The notes: a model not told the origin generated them from the letters alone. Shown: positions 12,702 to 26,994, numbered from the stretch's first letter. The stretch is DNA of 64,000 nt from Octopus vulgaris (GCA_951406725.2 OX597821.1:109430001-109494000), one strand, 5' to 3'. Numbers and translations are program-made.

Positions 12702-13749
12702 GAAGAGCCAGATAGATAGTTACATAGATGAAAACGTATATATTTATTATAGCCATGGGAAAACGAGCACCGAGTAGATTCCACCAAAACGTAATTAGTT
12801 ATGATTTGTAACACACACGCACACGTATGTGGATCTGTGCGTTTGAAACTAATGCACACGTGTCGCTTCTTTTTAAAGAATATCATGCGATGGAATTTAG
12901 TCATTACTCTATATTGTGTTTCTATTTGTTCTGCAATGCCTTCGCCAGAGAGGGAAATGTAGCTTCCATGTTCCTTCTTGTAAAGGCCTTCGTTTTCGTT
13001 GGATTGAAAGCGATGTCCTTACTGTTAAAGCGGATATTGGACCCACAAGTTTGAAATGTTGCAGTTGTTTGGGCTCGTCTAAAGGAGCACAGCGACCATA
13101 AAGTGATATTTGTTGTTGCTTAATACAAAGCCAGCTCTCCCTCCCTCCCTCCCTCTCTCTCTCCCTCTCTCTCTCTTTCTTTCTCTGTGTGGCTGTGTGG
13201 TAAGTAGCTTGCTTACGAACCACATGGTTCCGGGTTCACTCCCACCACGTGACACCTTGGGCAAGTGTCTTCTTCTATAGCCTCGGGCCGACCAAAGCCC
13301 TGTGAGTGAATTTGGTCGACGGAAACTGAAAGAAGTCCGTCGTATACATGTATATACATATATGTATGTGTGTGTATATGTTTGTGTGATATTGAACCGA
13401 ATGCCGCTTTAATTCTATGCTCTAAGATCATGATTGGTTCCACCGATAGGAGGCCTCTCATGTTCTGTCTACAAAATTTCATACACACTGGTCCTCCGTC
13501 GGTTACGGTGAAGAGCGGTCCAGCTGACCCGATCAACGGAACAGCTTACTCATGAGATTAACGTGCAAGTAGCTGAACACTCCTCAAACACGTGAACCCT
13601 TAATGTAGTCCTTAGGGAGATTGATCGTGATGCAGAATGAGACGAGGTTAGCCCCTGGGAAGATCAGGTACAACTCATTTTTGAAATAAAGTGTCTTGCT
13701 CAAGGGAACAGTGTATCGCTGGTTTGTGTGTGTGTATGTACTATTTACT

Positions 13750-13970
13750 CTTTTTGCTTTTTAATTTGTTTCAGTCATTTGACTGCGGTCATGCTGGAGC
13801 ACCTCCTTTAGTCGAACAAATCGACCCCAGGACTTATTATTTATAAACCTAGTACTTATTCTATCGGTCTCTTTTGCCGAACCGCTAATTTACGGGGACG
13901 TAAACACATCACCATCGGTTGTCAAGCGATGTGTGTGTATGTGGGGGGAAGGTCAAACACAGACACACAA

Positions 13971-14043
<73 letters not shown>

Positions 14044-14194
14044 CGACGGGCTTCTTTCCGTTTCCGTCTAACAAATCCACTCACAAGGCTTTAGTCGGCC
14101 CGAGGCTATAGAAGAAGACACTTGCCCAAGGTGCCACGCAGTGGGACTGAACCCGGAACCATGTGGTTCGTAATCAAGCTACTTGCCACACAGA
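13750..14194 (-). mobile_element. SINE family A
   Basis: Reverse-complement homology to 7521-7926. Confidence 0.88.
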
Positions 14195-14540
14195 GAAAAA
14201 GAGAGAGAGGGATAGAGCTGGCTTTATATTAAGCAACAAAAAAGCGTTAAACAAAACCAGAGTACGCAGAGAGCGTAAACCTCCGCCAAGGCAACACCAG
14301 CGTCCTCTCAACGATTAGGCTGAGATGAATTTTAAAATGAGAATATCTGAAATAAACTCGACTGCTCTCACAAACGAGAATACAAAAAATGAACCCGACC
14401 GCTCTCAAAAAATCCAGAATCCATGTCCGATGCCCGATTGATCCCAATGGTAATCATGAAATGTGAAGGTGGATGTGCGGGTCATGTTTGTAATGCTGTG
14501 TGTGTATGTCGACTGCAGTGAGAACAGGGACAGTTTTCTC

Positions 14541-14690
14541 TATGAAGGCCTTTTTTAGTCTCTTCACTGATATAGTGCCTTTACGACCATTAAGGTCTAT
14601 AGTGAAAAATTTATCCGTTCGTTTTGGAAAACGGAAAGGACCTGCATACGGTGCTATTAACGGAATTTAACAACATCGTTGCACGCAAAA
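14541..14690 (-). pseudogene. Gypsy LTR-retrotransposon integrase C-terminal (GPY/F) remnant
   Basis: 14660-14541 reads LIAPYAGPFRFPKRTDKFFTIDLNGRKGTISVKRLKKAFI. Confidence 0.75.
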
Positions 14691-14870
14691 ATCCTGAATC
14701 CAAGAAGTAAAGCTTCCTTCAAGGCAGAGCTAGAAATATAATTGTCAAGTAGGTAAGAGGTTTTACATAGGAGTAATATATTCAAAATTTGTAAAACAAA
14801 AAATTGTCGAGAATAAATTTAATCTATTATTGTTACTGAATATGTTAATGTTATTTAATTTCTGAACGCA

Positions 14871-15232
14871 GGCGCAGGAGTGGATGTTGGGTAAGTAGCT
14901 TGTTCAGCGTGGCACCTTGGGCAAGTGTCTTCTACTATAGCCTCGGACCGACCAAAGCCTTGGGAATGGATTTGGTAATGGAAACTGAAAGAAGCCCGTC
15001 ATATATATATATGTGTGTGTGTGTTTGTGTGCTTGTCCCCCAACATCGCTTGACAACCGATGCTGGTGTGTTTACGTCTCCGTAACTTAGCGGTTCGGCA
15101 AAAGAGAACCGATAGAATGAGTACTAGGCTTACAAAGAATAAGTCCTGGGGGTCGATTTACTCGACTAAAGGCGGTGCTCCAGCATGGCCACAGTCAAAT
15201 GACTGAAACAAGTAAAAGAAAGTAAAAGAAAG
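14871..15232 (+). mobile_element. SINE family A with a deletion in the head
   Basis: Homology to 7521-7926; B-box segment missing. Confidence 0.88.
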
Positions 15233-15952
15233 AACGGTTTTGCTGTCGTTTGGTTTCTTTATCTATCAGTCTCTAAAATGATAGAGACGTGAGTAAAATT
15301 GAAAATAGAGAAACGAAAATAAAACTTTGGAAATAGCGACACTACAATAACCTACGTAGAAACCATGAGCGTGCTTTCAAGGAAGATAATCAGAGAAAGA
15401 CTTGAAAGTCAACGTAAGGTCGTAATACTTCATGTAAAGCAAATATAACAAATAATCCAGAATTCTTGTCTGGTACCTTCTTGTCTTGTTTGATCCCCAA
15501 ATCTAATCAGTTTGTGCTAGTCACGAGGCCAAACATCCCTGAAAGTTTCATCCGAATCCACCCAGCGGTTCTTGGGATATCTTGTCCACGGATAAACAAA
15601 CACGACTAAAAACAATACCTGCGCCTTCGCTAAAGCAGAGGCAATAAAGATTTCCTTACGTGACATTTACCTCCCAGTTTCGTCGCACGGTGTCTGTATT
15701 TTCCCACAAGGCATTGGTTCGCCCTTGGTTATATAGTAAAAGACACTTGCCCACGGTGCCACAATGTGGGACTGAACTCAAAATCAAGTGGTTGCAGAGC
15801 AAAGTTCTTAAACCCCCCCCCCCCAAAAGTTCCTTCTCCACCACCACCAAAATCAAAAAAGGGGCGGGAAAATGATGGAAGGTCCAAAGACAAAAAGTGA
15901 TCACACCACGATACGAACGCGGAGAGTAAACTGTCAGAGGCAATACTACAAG

Positions 15953-16138
15953 TCGGCGAGATGGCAGAATCGTTAGCACTCCGGTCAAAATGCTTAGCGG
16001 TATTTCGTCTGCCGTTACGTTCTGAGTTCAAATTCCGCCGAGGTCGACTTTGCTTTTCGGAGTCGATTAAATAATCTCTTTGTCTGTCCTTGTTCGTCCC
16101 CTCTATATTTAGCCCACCGTGGGCAATGAAGAAATAAA
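15953..16138 (+). mobile_element. SINE family B, internally deleted
   Basis: Head, B-box and tail present. Confidence 0.8.
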
Positions 16139-16145
16139 TTCATAT

Positions 16146-16618
<473 letters not shown>

Positions 16619-16864
16619 CTAGAAGTGGTATTATCTGGTGCTCTAATGACACACTGCCAACTCGACCCTCGTAGAATGGTAAAAAAGATGCTTTGTGAAA
16701 TAGTTATGAAAAATAAGGAGACTTCTTGGTTTAATGTATAAACCAATGTCTTTTCATATGGAAACTGGTAGAATATTGAAATTGATCTGACCGAGGAGGT
16801 CTATTACTGGCTGTTTAATTAGTTGACATGGTTGACTGGGTGCGTGAATACCGAATATGTTTGT

Positions 16865-17290
16865 GATTGTTAGGATGGTGGCGGTGGTGGTGGTGGTGGT
16901 GGTGGTGGTTGTGGTGGTGGTGGTGGCGGCGACGGTGGTGGTAGTTGTAGGTGGTGGTGGTGGTGGTGGTGATGTGTAGTGGTGGTTGTGGGTAGTGGTG
17001 GTTGTGGGTAGTGGTGGTGGTGGGTAGTGGTGGTGGTGGGTAGTGGTGGTGGTGGGTTGTGGTGGTGCTGCTGGTGGTGGTGGTGGTGGGTAGTGGTGGT
17101 GGTGGTGGTGATATGTAGTGGTGGTTGTGGGTAGTGGTGGTTGTGGGTAGTGGTGGTGGTGGTGGTGGTGGTGGTGGTGGTGATGGATAGCGGTGGTAAT
17201 GTCTGTGACTAGTATTGGTGATGGTGGCGGTCGTTATTGTGATGGAGGAGGTGAGGATGGTACTCAAGCTGACGGTTGTGGTGGTGACGG
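16865..17290. repeat. (GGT)n-rich low-complexity tract
   Basis: Seen directly. Confidence 0.95.
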
Positions 17291-17687
17291 TTCTCGGTAA
17301 CAATGGTTTGAAATATTGGCACAAGGCCAGCAATTTCGGGGTGGAAAATAACGCTTCTGCCAGGTCACCGCCTCCTAACACGAACATCATAAATAACAAC
17401 AAACACGACAGCAACAATAATATAAGGAAGAAGAGTAACAACAACAGTACGACAAAAACTACAGTAATATATCTACGGCTAGATATGTGTTAGGTCTATT
17501 GTCGTAACATAAGCTGTTATATCACACACACACACACACACACACACGTACACATATATATATATATAAAATGGGCTTCTTTCAGTTTCCAGATACTAAA
17601 TCTACTCACAAGGCTTTGGTTGGCCCGAAGCTATAGTAGAAGACACTTGCCTAATGTACCACTCAGTGGGACTGATATATATGTATA

Positions 17688-18060
17688 CTAGCAGTGTCGT
17701 CCGGCGTTGCTCGGGTTTGTTTCGACTCTTAAGAATTTGAATTTTTGAAAAGTAAAAATTTTACATTATGTAGCTTGTTATTCTCTTTAAATGAACATTT
17801 TTCTGGTTGAAATACACCGAAAAATGGCGACGCAGTAGTCAAACAATTGTAAAAAATAGGGATTTTCATAGAAAGAAAAGCACCTTTTAGATGTAAATAA
17901 TTTTTGCTCTTAACATGGTCCAATTTGAATTTTATCTTCTACGGAATGAAGAGCAAGCCTTCTATCATACACTCAATTTTGGTCAACTTGCGCCGCGGGG
18001 TCTCGGAGGAGATAGTGTTAGTTGAAGGCTGCCAAACCTGCCACACACTGACAACTTCAA
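17688..18060 (-). mobile_element. Non-autonomous Helitron, 5' tip lost
   Basis: CTAG end at 17688-17691 with a hairpin nearly identical to that of 3399-3795. Confidence 0.75.
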
Positions 18061-18082
18061 CACACACACACACACACACACA

Positions 18083-18124
<42 letters not shown>

Positions 18125-18427
18125 CATGTAATTATGGAGGCATTATTATGGTACATATATGAGTGTATGTATGTATGTATGTATGTATGTATGTATGTAT
18201 GTATGTATGTATGTATGTATGTATGAATGTATGTATGCATGTATGCATTCATGTATACGTGGAATCACGCGACAGTCAGCTGACATAGCAACGATCGTGT
18301 AAGTGGAGTGGCCATATTTATAAACCACAATAGACTCGCGGACACAAAACAGAACTTAGTTAACACAAAAAATAACAGCAAACGTAATATTTAGGATAGG
18401 AACTATCACAAAACTTTTTGTCTTTTA

Positions 18428-19177
18428 CTACTACCAATGCTGTGATCAGTACCATCACCACCATAACCACCAGCACAACCACCACCACCGCCGCTATCAA
18501 CACCACTATTATCATCATCATCATCGCCACCAGCACCACCAGCATCACCACCTCCACCACCACAACAACCATAAGCAACACCACTGCAATCACCACTACC
18601 ACCACAACTACCATTATGATCATCACCGTCACCTCCATTTATCATAACCACTATCACTACCACCACCATCGCCAACATTACAATCACCATCAACACCGCC
18701 AACTCCACCACCATCATCACCGCGTTCACCACCACCTCTATCACTAGTACTATCACCACTACCACCACCATTATCACCTTCCACACCTACCACCACAGCC
18801 ACCATCGTCTGACGTGCATCTACCATCACAAACAGCTATACTGAAGGCCACGCTGGAGCACCGTCATGTCTAAATTAAGAATTACTTAACATTTGATTTC
18901 AATTGTAAGTTCCTTTACATAAAGGAAATAACTGAAACGTCATCTGAAGCCATCACCGCCACCACCACCGCCACCACCAACACCACCATCATCATCATCA
19001 CTACCACCATCACCACCGCCACCACCATCATCATCACGACCAGCACCACCACAAACATCAGCGACACCATTATTAGAAACGCCTACACCACCACTAGAAC
19101 TACTAGTCACATAATCACTGCTACCACAACTACTTCAACTGCTACTACTAACAGTACTACCACCACCAATGCTACTG

Positions 19178-19229
<52 letters not shown>
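18428..19229. repeat. (ACC)/(ATC)/(ACT) trinucleotide low-complexity tract
   Basis: Seen directly. Confidence 0.9.
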
Positions 19230-20412
19230 AAGTGTATCATTATTAGCAATATGAAGTTTGTTGTTTATTTTGATTCCGTATGGGAACCATCGTCGTCAAA
19301 GCTATTTCAAAAGTATTGGCTTTGAGAAAAGATGTTATAACACATTGGTAAATGTAGTTCTTAGTACACTAATTTTAAATAAGACACATCATTATTTACG
19401 GTCTCTCTATGCATGTATGTATATATATATATGGTACGTTGGTACAAACAGGTCGAATGGTGGTCTCGGCAGTGATGAAATAGAGGAGGTAAAGGAATAT
19501 GTCTACTAGGGACAGGAAGTGAATATGTGCCGAGATTTAAGTAGGGTCAAAGTTGGGAACAGAAACAGGACAGTGGAGACATACAAGGAAACCGAACGAA
19601 AGCAAACATGGAGGGTCGTTAGACCAGAACGAGGGTAAAATATATATATATACAGTTGAAATTTATAGAAAAACAAATGACGTAGACATGTGTAATGAAC
19701 CACAAGTAGGCGTATTAGTTTAACGCGTATCGGCCCAAGAGATCGATGGAATAGTATATACTGGGGTCGAATTATTTGATAGAATCCTTGCAGCTGGGCT
19801 GCAATTTAATGACTGCAACAAATAAAAGCTAAAAGATAGAAGGTTTAAAATGTTACTTGGGGTAATATTGTCTGAAGTATACGTCACCCCTCCCCTCAAA
19901 AATTGGACCTTGCTGGGGTGCCGCCTAGAAGTGTTTAGTCGAATAAAGGGAACTTCTGACTTACTTTTAAAGTCTAGTATTTATTCTATTGTCGCTTTTT
20001 GCTGATCTGCTAGGTCACGGGGACGTAGGAAGCAAACACACCAACACCGGTTGCCAAGCAGTGACTGGGGTGGGGGCAACCACGCGTGCGCACGCACCCT
20101 ACGGCTTTCATTCACAAGCCATTGATCGATAGGGGTTAACAGTAGAAGACACTTCCCGAAGGTGCAGGGCAATCGATAGAAAACCACAGTAGAGAACATA
20201 TGCCCAAGGCGCAAGGCAATCAATAGGGAGCTATAATAGAAAACATTAACCCAAGGTGCAAGCCAATGGAATTGAACCTGCGGCCGTGTGATTCGTAAGC
20301 AAACTTCTTACCATGCAGCCATGCCTGACTCATCTGGATCATGGCCGCGATTGGAACTAAGTAACAAAATAACAAGTCCGATTACCCGAAAATAAGACAA
20401 CACTCGCAACAT

Positions 20413-21576
20413 TCCTATTTCTTTACTACCCACAAGGGGCTAAACACAGAGGGGACAAACAAGGACAGACAAACGGATTTAAGTCGATTACATCGACCCC
20501 AGTGCGTAACTGGTACTTATTTAATCGACCCCGAAAGGATGAAAGGCAAAGTCGACCTCGGCGGAATTTGAACTCAGAACGTAGCGGCAGACGAAATACC
20601 TATTTCTTTACTACCCACAAGGGGCTAAACACAGAGGGGACAAACAAGGACAGACAAACGGATTTAAGTCGATTACATCGACCCCAGTGCGTAACTGGTA
20701 CTTATTTAATCGACCCCGAAAGGATGAAAGGCAAAGTCGACCTCGGCGGAATTTGAACTCAGAACGTAGCGGCAGACGAAATACCTATTTCTTTACTACC
20801 CACAAGGGGCTAAACACAGAGGGGACAAACAAGGACAGACAAACGGATTTAAGTCGATTACATCGACCCCAGTGCGTAACTGGTACTTATTTAATCGACC
20901 CCGAAAGGATGAAAGGCAAAGTCGACCTCGGCGGAATTTGAACTCAGAACGTAGCGGCAGACGAAATACCTATTTCTTTACTACCCACAAGGGGCTAAAC
21001 ACAGAGGGGACAAACAAGGACAGACAAACGGATTTAAGTCGATTACATCGACCCCAGTGCGTAACTGGTACTTATTTAATCGACCCCGAAAGGATGAAAG
21101 GCAAAGTCGACCTCGGCGGAATTTGAACTCAGAACGTAGCGGCAGACGAAATACCTATTTCTTTACTACCCACAAGGGGCTAAACACAGAGGGGACAAAC
21201 AAGGACAGACAAACGGATTTAAGTCGATTACATCGACCCCAGTGCGTAACTGGTACTTATTTAATCGACCCCGAAAGGATGAAAGGCAAAGTCGACCTCG
21301 GCGGAATTTGAACTCAGAACGTAGCAGCAGACGAAATACCTATTTCTTTACTACCCACAAGGGGCTAAACACAGAGGGGTCAAACAAGGACAGACAAACG
21401 GATTAAGTCGATCACATCGACCCCAGTGCGTAACTGGTACTTATTTAATCGACCCCGAAAGGATGAAAGGCAAAGTCGACCTCGGCGGAATTTGAACTCA
21501 GAACGTAACGGCAGACGAAATACTACGGCTACGCATTTCGCCCGGCGTGCTAACGTTTCTGCCAGCTCGCCGCCCT
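20413..21576 (-). mobile_element. SINE family B with six tandem 185-bp body units
   Basis: Units start at 20414, 20599, 20784, 20969, 21154 and 21339; single head at about 21523-21574; 15-bp TSD CAACACTCGCAACAT at 20398-20412 and 21577-21591. Confidence 0.95.
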
Positions 21577-21972
21577 CAACACTCGCAACATATCGTTAAA
21601 TAATTAACAACCAACAAAGCACTTGAATCCCCTGCTCTGATGGTCCTGTGATTTGATGGTCTGGTGACTTGTATGACTGTTCTTCCCATTTAGTCACATG
21701 TTATGTTGTCCTGCGTTTCGTGTTTTTAATGTTGCGTGTGTGGTCCACTCAATATGTCGTCTGCGTAATTTGTCGTCTGTTCAGTGAGTCTTTTTGTGTT
21801 TTGCTCTTTTCCGGCAGAAGCGATTGTCCTTTGTATCTAACAATCGTTCTTTCAACCTTCACCATCTTATCCGTTTTCCAGTTACCCTTCACATTCCGCC
21901 AAATCTCATCTTTTCACTTTTTCCACTTATCATATTTCTAAACTCACACACACACATACACGCCCGCGCGTT

Positions 21973-22009
<37 letters not shown>

Positions 22010-22029
22010 GCACGCACATACACACGAAT

Positions 22030-22545
22030 TGCACACGCATGGACACATCGGGAAGCACGTAATCACGTAAACACACTCACGTGCCCACACACACACAGAC
22101 ACACACACATACACATACACGCGCTCGCGTACGCACACAGACACACACACATGCACACGCATGGACACATCGGGAAACACGCAATCACGCAAACACACTC
22201 ACGTGCCCACACACACACACACAGACATACACACAAAAATACATGCGCGCACACACACACACATACACACACACACATGCACACGCATGGACACATCGGG
22301 AAACACGCAATCACGCAAACACACTCACGCGCTCACACACACACACACACACACAGACACACACACACTCACGCGCCCACACATGCACAGACACACATAC
22401 ACATACACACATGGACACATCGCGAAGCACGCAATCACGCAAACACTTTCACGCGCCCACACACACACATACACATACGCACGCAGGCACACACATACGC
22501 GCGAGCGCATGTACTCATGGACACATAGAGAAGCACGTACGCACA
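22030..22545. repeat. Compound minisatellite, about 120-bp period
   Basis: ATGGACACAT core at 22039, 22161, 22287, 22411 and 22517, separated by variable (CA)-rich spacers. Confidence 0.85.
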
Positions 22546-22619
22546 AAGCAACGCTATTTACAGATACATAAATGCACAGATACAGCCTAATTACGCACAT
22601 GAATATATATACACACGGG

Positions 22620-23266
22620 CGGGTGCTGAACATTTTCTGGGTTTCGGTATAAAAAAAAATACAAGGAGATCAGTTAATCATGATTTTATTAAATACTAGC
22701 AGCATAGCCCGGCGTTGCCCGGGTATGTAAGAGCCCCTAGTAGGCAACGACTAATCCCAATCTAGTCCTTTCCCTCTAGGGAACGAAGGTTCATGTGTAG
22801 GTTGCAATGTCTTCTCTTCACTCGAATACTTCTGTGTATACGATGTTCCTAGCTGTCCCTTTGGGCGATAAAAAGGTCGAATTGTGTCCCCTAGACAGAA
22901 AATGTGTTGCATATAAAAAGCTTAGATTCTCGACCCCATGTCGAATTTATCGATTTTTTTCAGAACTGGGGGAACTTTTCAAAATTTTCGCTGCGTTAGT
23001 TTTGAATTATGACATTGGGCTATGTGTGTGTCAAGTTTCATCAGAATCGGTTGAAAGCCGTGGTCAGGGTGAGGGTACAACCTGACAGACACACAGACAC
23101 GCAGACAGACAAACTGCCGTTTATATATAGAGAGATTTTCTCATCTCAGATTCCCTTACTGCAGCGGTCCTTCAGTTTTCCTAAACCTTGTAAAGGAACT
23201 TGGAACGTTGGGCCTCCGATCAAGCCTTCCGCAATACGCTTAAAGCCGGGATCGTTTCAGCATCCG
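22620..23266 (-). mobile_element. Diverged mariner MITE (family of 9547-9764) split by a Helitron
   Basis: Both halves match the reverse complement of 9547-9764. Confidence 0.7.
22696..23135 (-). mobile_element. Non-autonomous Helitron
   Basis: On the minus strand: A|TC start, (GTCT)n, hairpin CCCGGGCAACGCCGGG, CTAG|T end. Confidence 0.85.
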
Positions 23267-23269
23267 TTG

Positions 23270-23880
23270 TGGGAGTGGCGCATGGTAAGTAACTTGCTTA
23301 CCAACCATATGCTTTCGGGCTCAGTCCCACTGCGTGGCTACTATAGTCTTGGGCCGACCAAAGCCATGTGAGTGATATTGGTACACGGAAACTGAAAGAA
23401 GCCCGTCGTATGTATATATATACATATATATATGTATACATTTGTGTGTCTGAGTTAGTCCCCCCCCCATCGGTTGACAATCGATGTTGGTGTGTTTACG
23501 TCCCTGTAAATTAGCGGTTCGGCGAAAGGGTCCGATAGAATAAGTTCTGGGGTTGGTTTGTTCGACTAAAGGCGTGTGCTCCAGCATGGCCGCAGACAAA
23601 TGACTGAAACAAGTAAAAGAATAAAAGAAATAAAAGAATATGCATTCGTGTATTCTTTTATTCTTATATTTATCTCAGTCATTTGACTTCGGCCATGCTG
23701 GAGCACCGCCTTTAGTCGAACAAACCGACCCCAGAACTTATTCTTTGTAAGCCTAGTACTGATTCTATCGGTGTCTCTTGCTGAACCGCTAAGTTACGAG
23801 GGAAGTAAACACACGAAGATCGGTTATCAACCGATGGTGGGTGGACAAACACAGACACACAAACATATACGTACATACAT
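23270..23880. mobile_element. SINE family A (+, 23270-23638) tail-to-tail with a 3' half (-, 23655-23880)
   Basis: Homology to 7521-7926. Confidence 0.85.
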
Positions 23881-23995
23881 ACATAAATACATACATACAT
23901 ACATACATACATACATACATACATACATACATACATACATACATACATACATACATACACACATGTATACATACATATATACATACATAAATTTA

Positions 23996-24046
<51 letters not shown>

Positions 24047-24252
24047 TATTGTTATAACGTCTTGTTGTTGAGATAGGTTCTCTTTCTTTCCTGATGAGAA
24101 AATTACATTATTTTACACCGTTTATTCCTTTGGAATAAAACCAATGTCATCTTCGAAACATATGTCGAAAGTAAAAGAATTTGAATAACACCTGCGTTCA
24201 ACTCCATTTATTTACTTTAATATATATATATACATCTGTTTGTTTTTTTCGT

Positions 24253-24325
<73 letters not shown>

Positions 24326-24473
24326 CTGTTTGTTTTTTCGTAAACTCTCCCTATATGTATATATATATCGTCTTCTAAATGTTTTGCGTTCTTGTCCCAG
24401 TTTGTATTTTTTTACATATACATATATATATAGCGGCGCTCGTACACTTTTGATCTTATATGTAAGTAAATAT

Positions 24474-24516
<43 letters not shown>

Positions 24517-24644
24517 AAGATTAATCAGCCGAAATTGCGACGATGATCCGGTTCTTGACTGAAGATTAAAGGCTTCGAATGTTTTTTGTATCGCCTATCT
24601 GGATGTTTAGTGTTCTTGTCCCATTTTGTATTTTATATATATAT

Positions 24645-25170
24645 CATCATCATCATCATCAACATCGTTTAACGTCCGCTTTCTATGCTAGCATGGGTTG
24701 GACGATTTGACTGAGGACTGGTGAACCAGATAGCTGCACCAGACTCCAATTTTATCTGGCAGAGTTTCTACAGCTGGATGCCCTTACTAACGCCTACCAC
24801 ACCGAGACTGTAGTGGGCGCTTTTACGTGCCACCGGCACGAGGCCAGTCAGGCGTTACTGGCAACGGCCACGCTCAAATAGTGCTTTCTATGTGCCACCT
24901 GCACAGGAGCCAGTCCAGCGGCAGTGGCAACAACCTCGCTCGAATGTATTTTTACGTGCCACCAGCACAAGTGCCAGTAAGGCGACACAGGTAACGATCA
25001 CGCTCGAATGGTGCTTTTTACGTGCCATCGGCACGGAGGCAATCTTGTTGCTCTGGCAACGACCACGCTCGTATGGTACTCTAAGCGCTCCACTAGCACG
25101 GATGCCAGTCATCGAATTTGATTTCGATTTCGATTTTACTTGCCTCAGCAGGTCTTCGCACGCAGAGTTT
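24645..25170 (-). mobile_element. RTE-type non-autonomous element or SINE 3' region
   Basis: (GAT)n tail and plus-strand TTTCTACAGCTGGATGCCCTT motif recalled from RTE-related 3' ends; internal TTTTACGTGCCA repeats. Confidence 0.55.
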
Positions 25171-25172
25171 CG

Positions 25173-25256
25173 ATAGCAAGGGATCAGCTTTATGCCTCAC
25201 CACGCACGTCTATTTCTAGCAGTTCGTGGTGAGACGTAAAGCTGATCCATTGTTAT
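25173..25256. repeat. 84-nt hairpin
   Basis: 32-nt arms (28/32 Watson-Crick plus 2 G-U pairs on the plus strand) and a 20-nt loop. Confidence 0.85.
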
Positions 25257-25302
25257 AATTAAGCATATAATTATAAAATATTATATATAATATATATATA
25301 TA

Positions 25303-25477
25303 GGCGCAGGAGTGGCTGTGTGGTAAGTAGCTTGCTAACCAACCACATGGTTGCGGGTTCAGTCCCACTGCGTGGCATCTTGGGCAAGTGTCTTCTGCTA
25401 TAGCCCCGGGCCGACCAATGCCTTGTGAGTGGATTTGGTAGACGGAAACTGAAAGAAGCCTGTCGTATATATGTGTG

Positions 25478-25508
<31 letters not shown>

Positions 25509-25720
25509 TTGTGTGTCTGTGTTTGTCCCCCTAGCATTGCTTGACAACCGATGCTGGTGTGTCTACGTCCCCGCCACTTAGCGGTTCGGCAAAAGAGACC
25601 GATAGAATAAGTACTGGGCTTACAAAGAATAGGTTCCGGGGTCGATTTGATCGACTAAAGGCGGTGCTCCAGCATGGCCGCAGTCAAATGACTGAAACAA
25701 GTAAAAGAGTAAAGAGTAAA
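25303..25720 (+). mobile_element. SINE family A, full length
   Basis: Near-identical to 7521-7926. Confidence 0.92.
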
Positions 25721-26994
25721 AGGGAAAGAGTAATAGTTGAGGTGCGTTCCGTTAAGAACGTATTAGAGTATAAAATAAATCTAGTACTCCCTTAGAATTA
25801 GCAAATAGCCGGCAGTATTATGGTATATTTAAATATAATTCCTGTGTATATGTGGACGTATGTTGTAGTGAAACATATGTAGTGGTCATTAAACAGCTGT
25901 CGAATCGTACTCCCTCTTCCTTTTGACTCTGTTCTTTCCTTTATATATATGCAGAACACGACGTGCTTCTTTCAATTTCCGTCAACAAATCCACTCACAA
26001 GGCCTTGGTTGGCCTGGGAATATGTGAGAAAACTCTGCCCAAGGTGTCACGCAGTAGGACTGGACATGAAATCGCATGGTTGAAAATCGAAATGCCAAAC
26101 CACAGAACAAATCCTACACCTATATTTATTGTATCTGAAGCGAGTTTAGCAACTCTTTCTACAAGGACTAACATTTTCGAGTCTCCTCTCGTTAGCTTAT
26201 CTACAAGCATTTAACATCAAGAAGCAGACGATACACTATCACGTGACCAAATGCAAATAACAGACGACATGTCGCGTAAGCAAGAGACACGAGTCTAAAC
26301 TACAATATTATTTTAGTCGTGGTTCGTTTGAAGCATTGAGAAATTTAAAAATAAGTCGTGTTTTTTAGAGAATCTAGTTTCTTGGAAATACTTATTTATA
26401 ATCCTTATTTTGGTTGAATGTGACATTTTTATGGTTTGTCTTGGCTGTCATGTTAATTCGTTAAATAATTTTCTTTGCTGTTTTACTTATGTCCTTTGTA
26501 TGGCGTCATCTTCATCTTCTTGGCATCTCCCGGTGTCAAAAAACACGCTTCTGTTGAATTCATCTGTGTTCTAAGATGGTTACGAAGGCACGTGGATAGT
26601 GGTTAGTGTATCACACTCTGGATCATAAGAAATCGGTTTCGATACCCGGGTTCGGTGGTATGTTGTGTTCTTGAGCAAAACACTTTATTTCTTGTTGCTT
26701 CAGTTGTCTCAGCTGCAAATAAGTTACTCCTGCGATAAACCGGCATCCCGTTCAGAGGGAAACGTTGCGATCTTGGTGACTTATTTACCATTAAAACCGA
26801 GTAGATGGCCACGTTCAGATTTTGACGTAACTTAAATAACTATATGCACCCCCGCTTTTTTTTTTACTTTATCTACAAAAACACTAAGAACAAGGACATG
26901 AGATTTCGTGTGCAGATGCATCTCAGTTTACGCTTTATCGGTCTGCTTCACCGAATCGACGTCCCTTTATTTATGGTTACTTTCAAAGTGTGAA

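Noticed and set aside
14248-15646. Helentron/HINE-like ends (CCTCCGCCAAGG ... ACCTGCGCCTTCGCTAAAGCAGAGG)
   Set aside because: Suggestive only; termini are degenerate and separated by other insertions, so it was not called
16815-19229. Pro/Thr/His-rich mucin-like ORFs
   Set aside because: Pure trinucleotide low complexity open in several frames and on both strands, with no domain or splice support
20414-21522. 185-bp array as a CRISPR array, a hammerhead retrozyme or a repeated 84-aa gene
   Set aside because: No unique spacers, no CUGANGA/GAAA core on either strand, and the unit is a SINE body
22030-22545. CRISPR-like repeat and spacer pattern
   Set aside because: Spacers are mutually related (CA)-rich tracts, the context is eukaryotic and there are no cas genes
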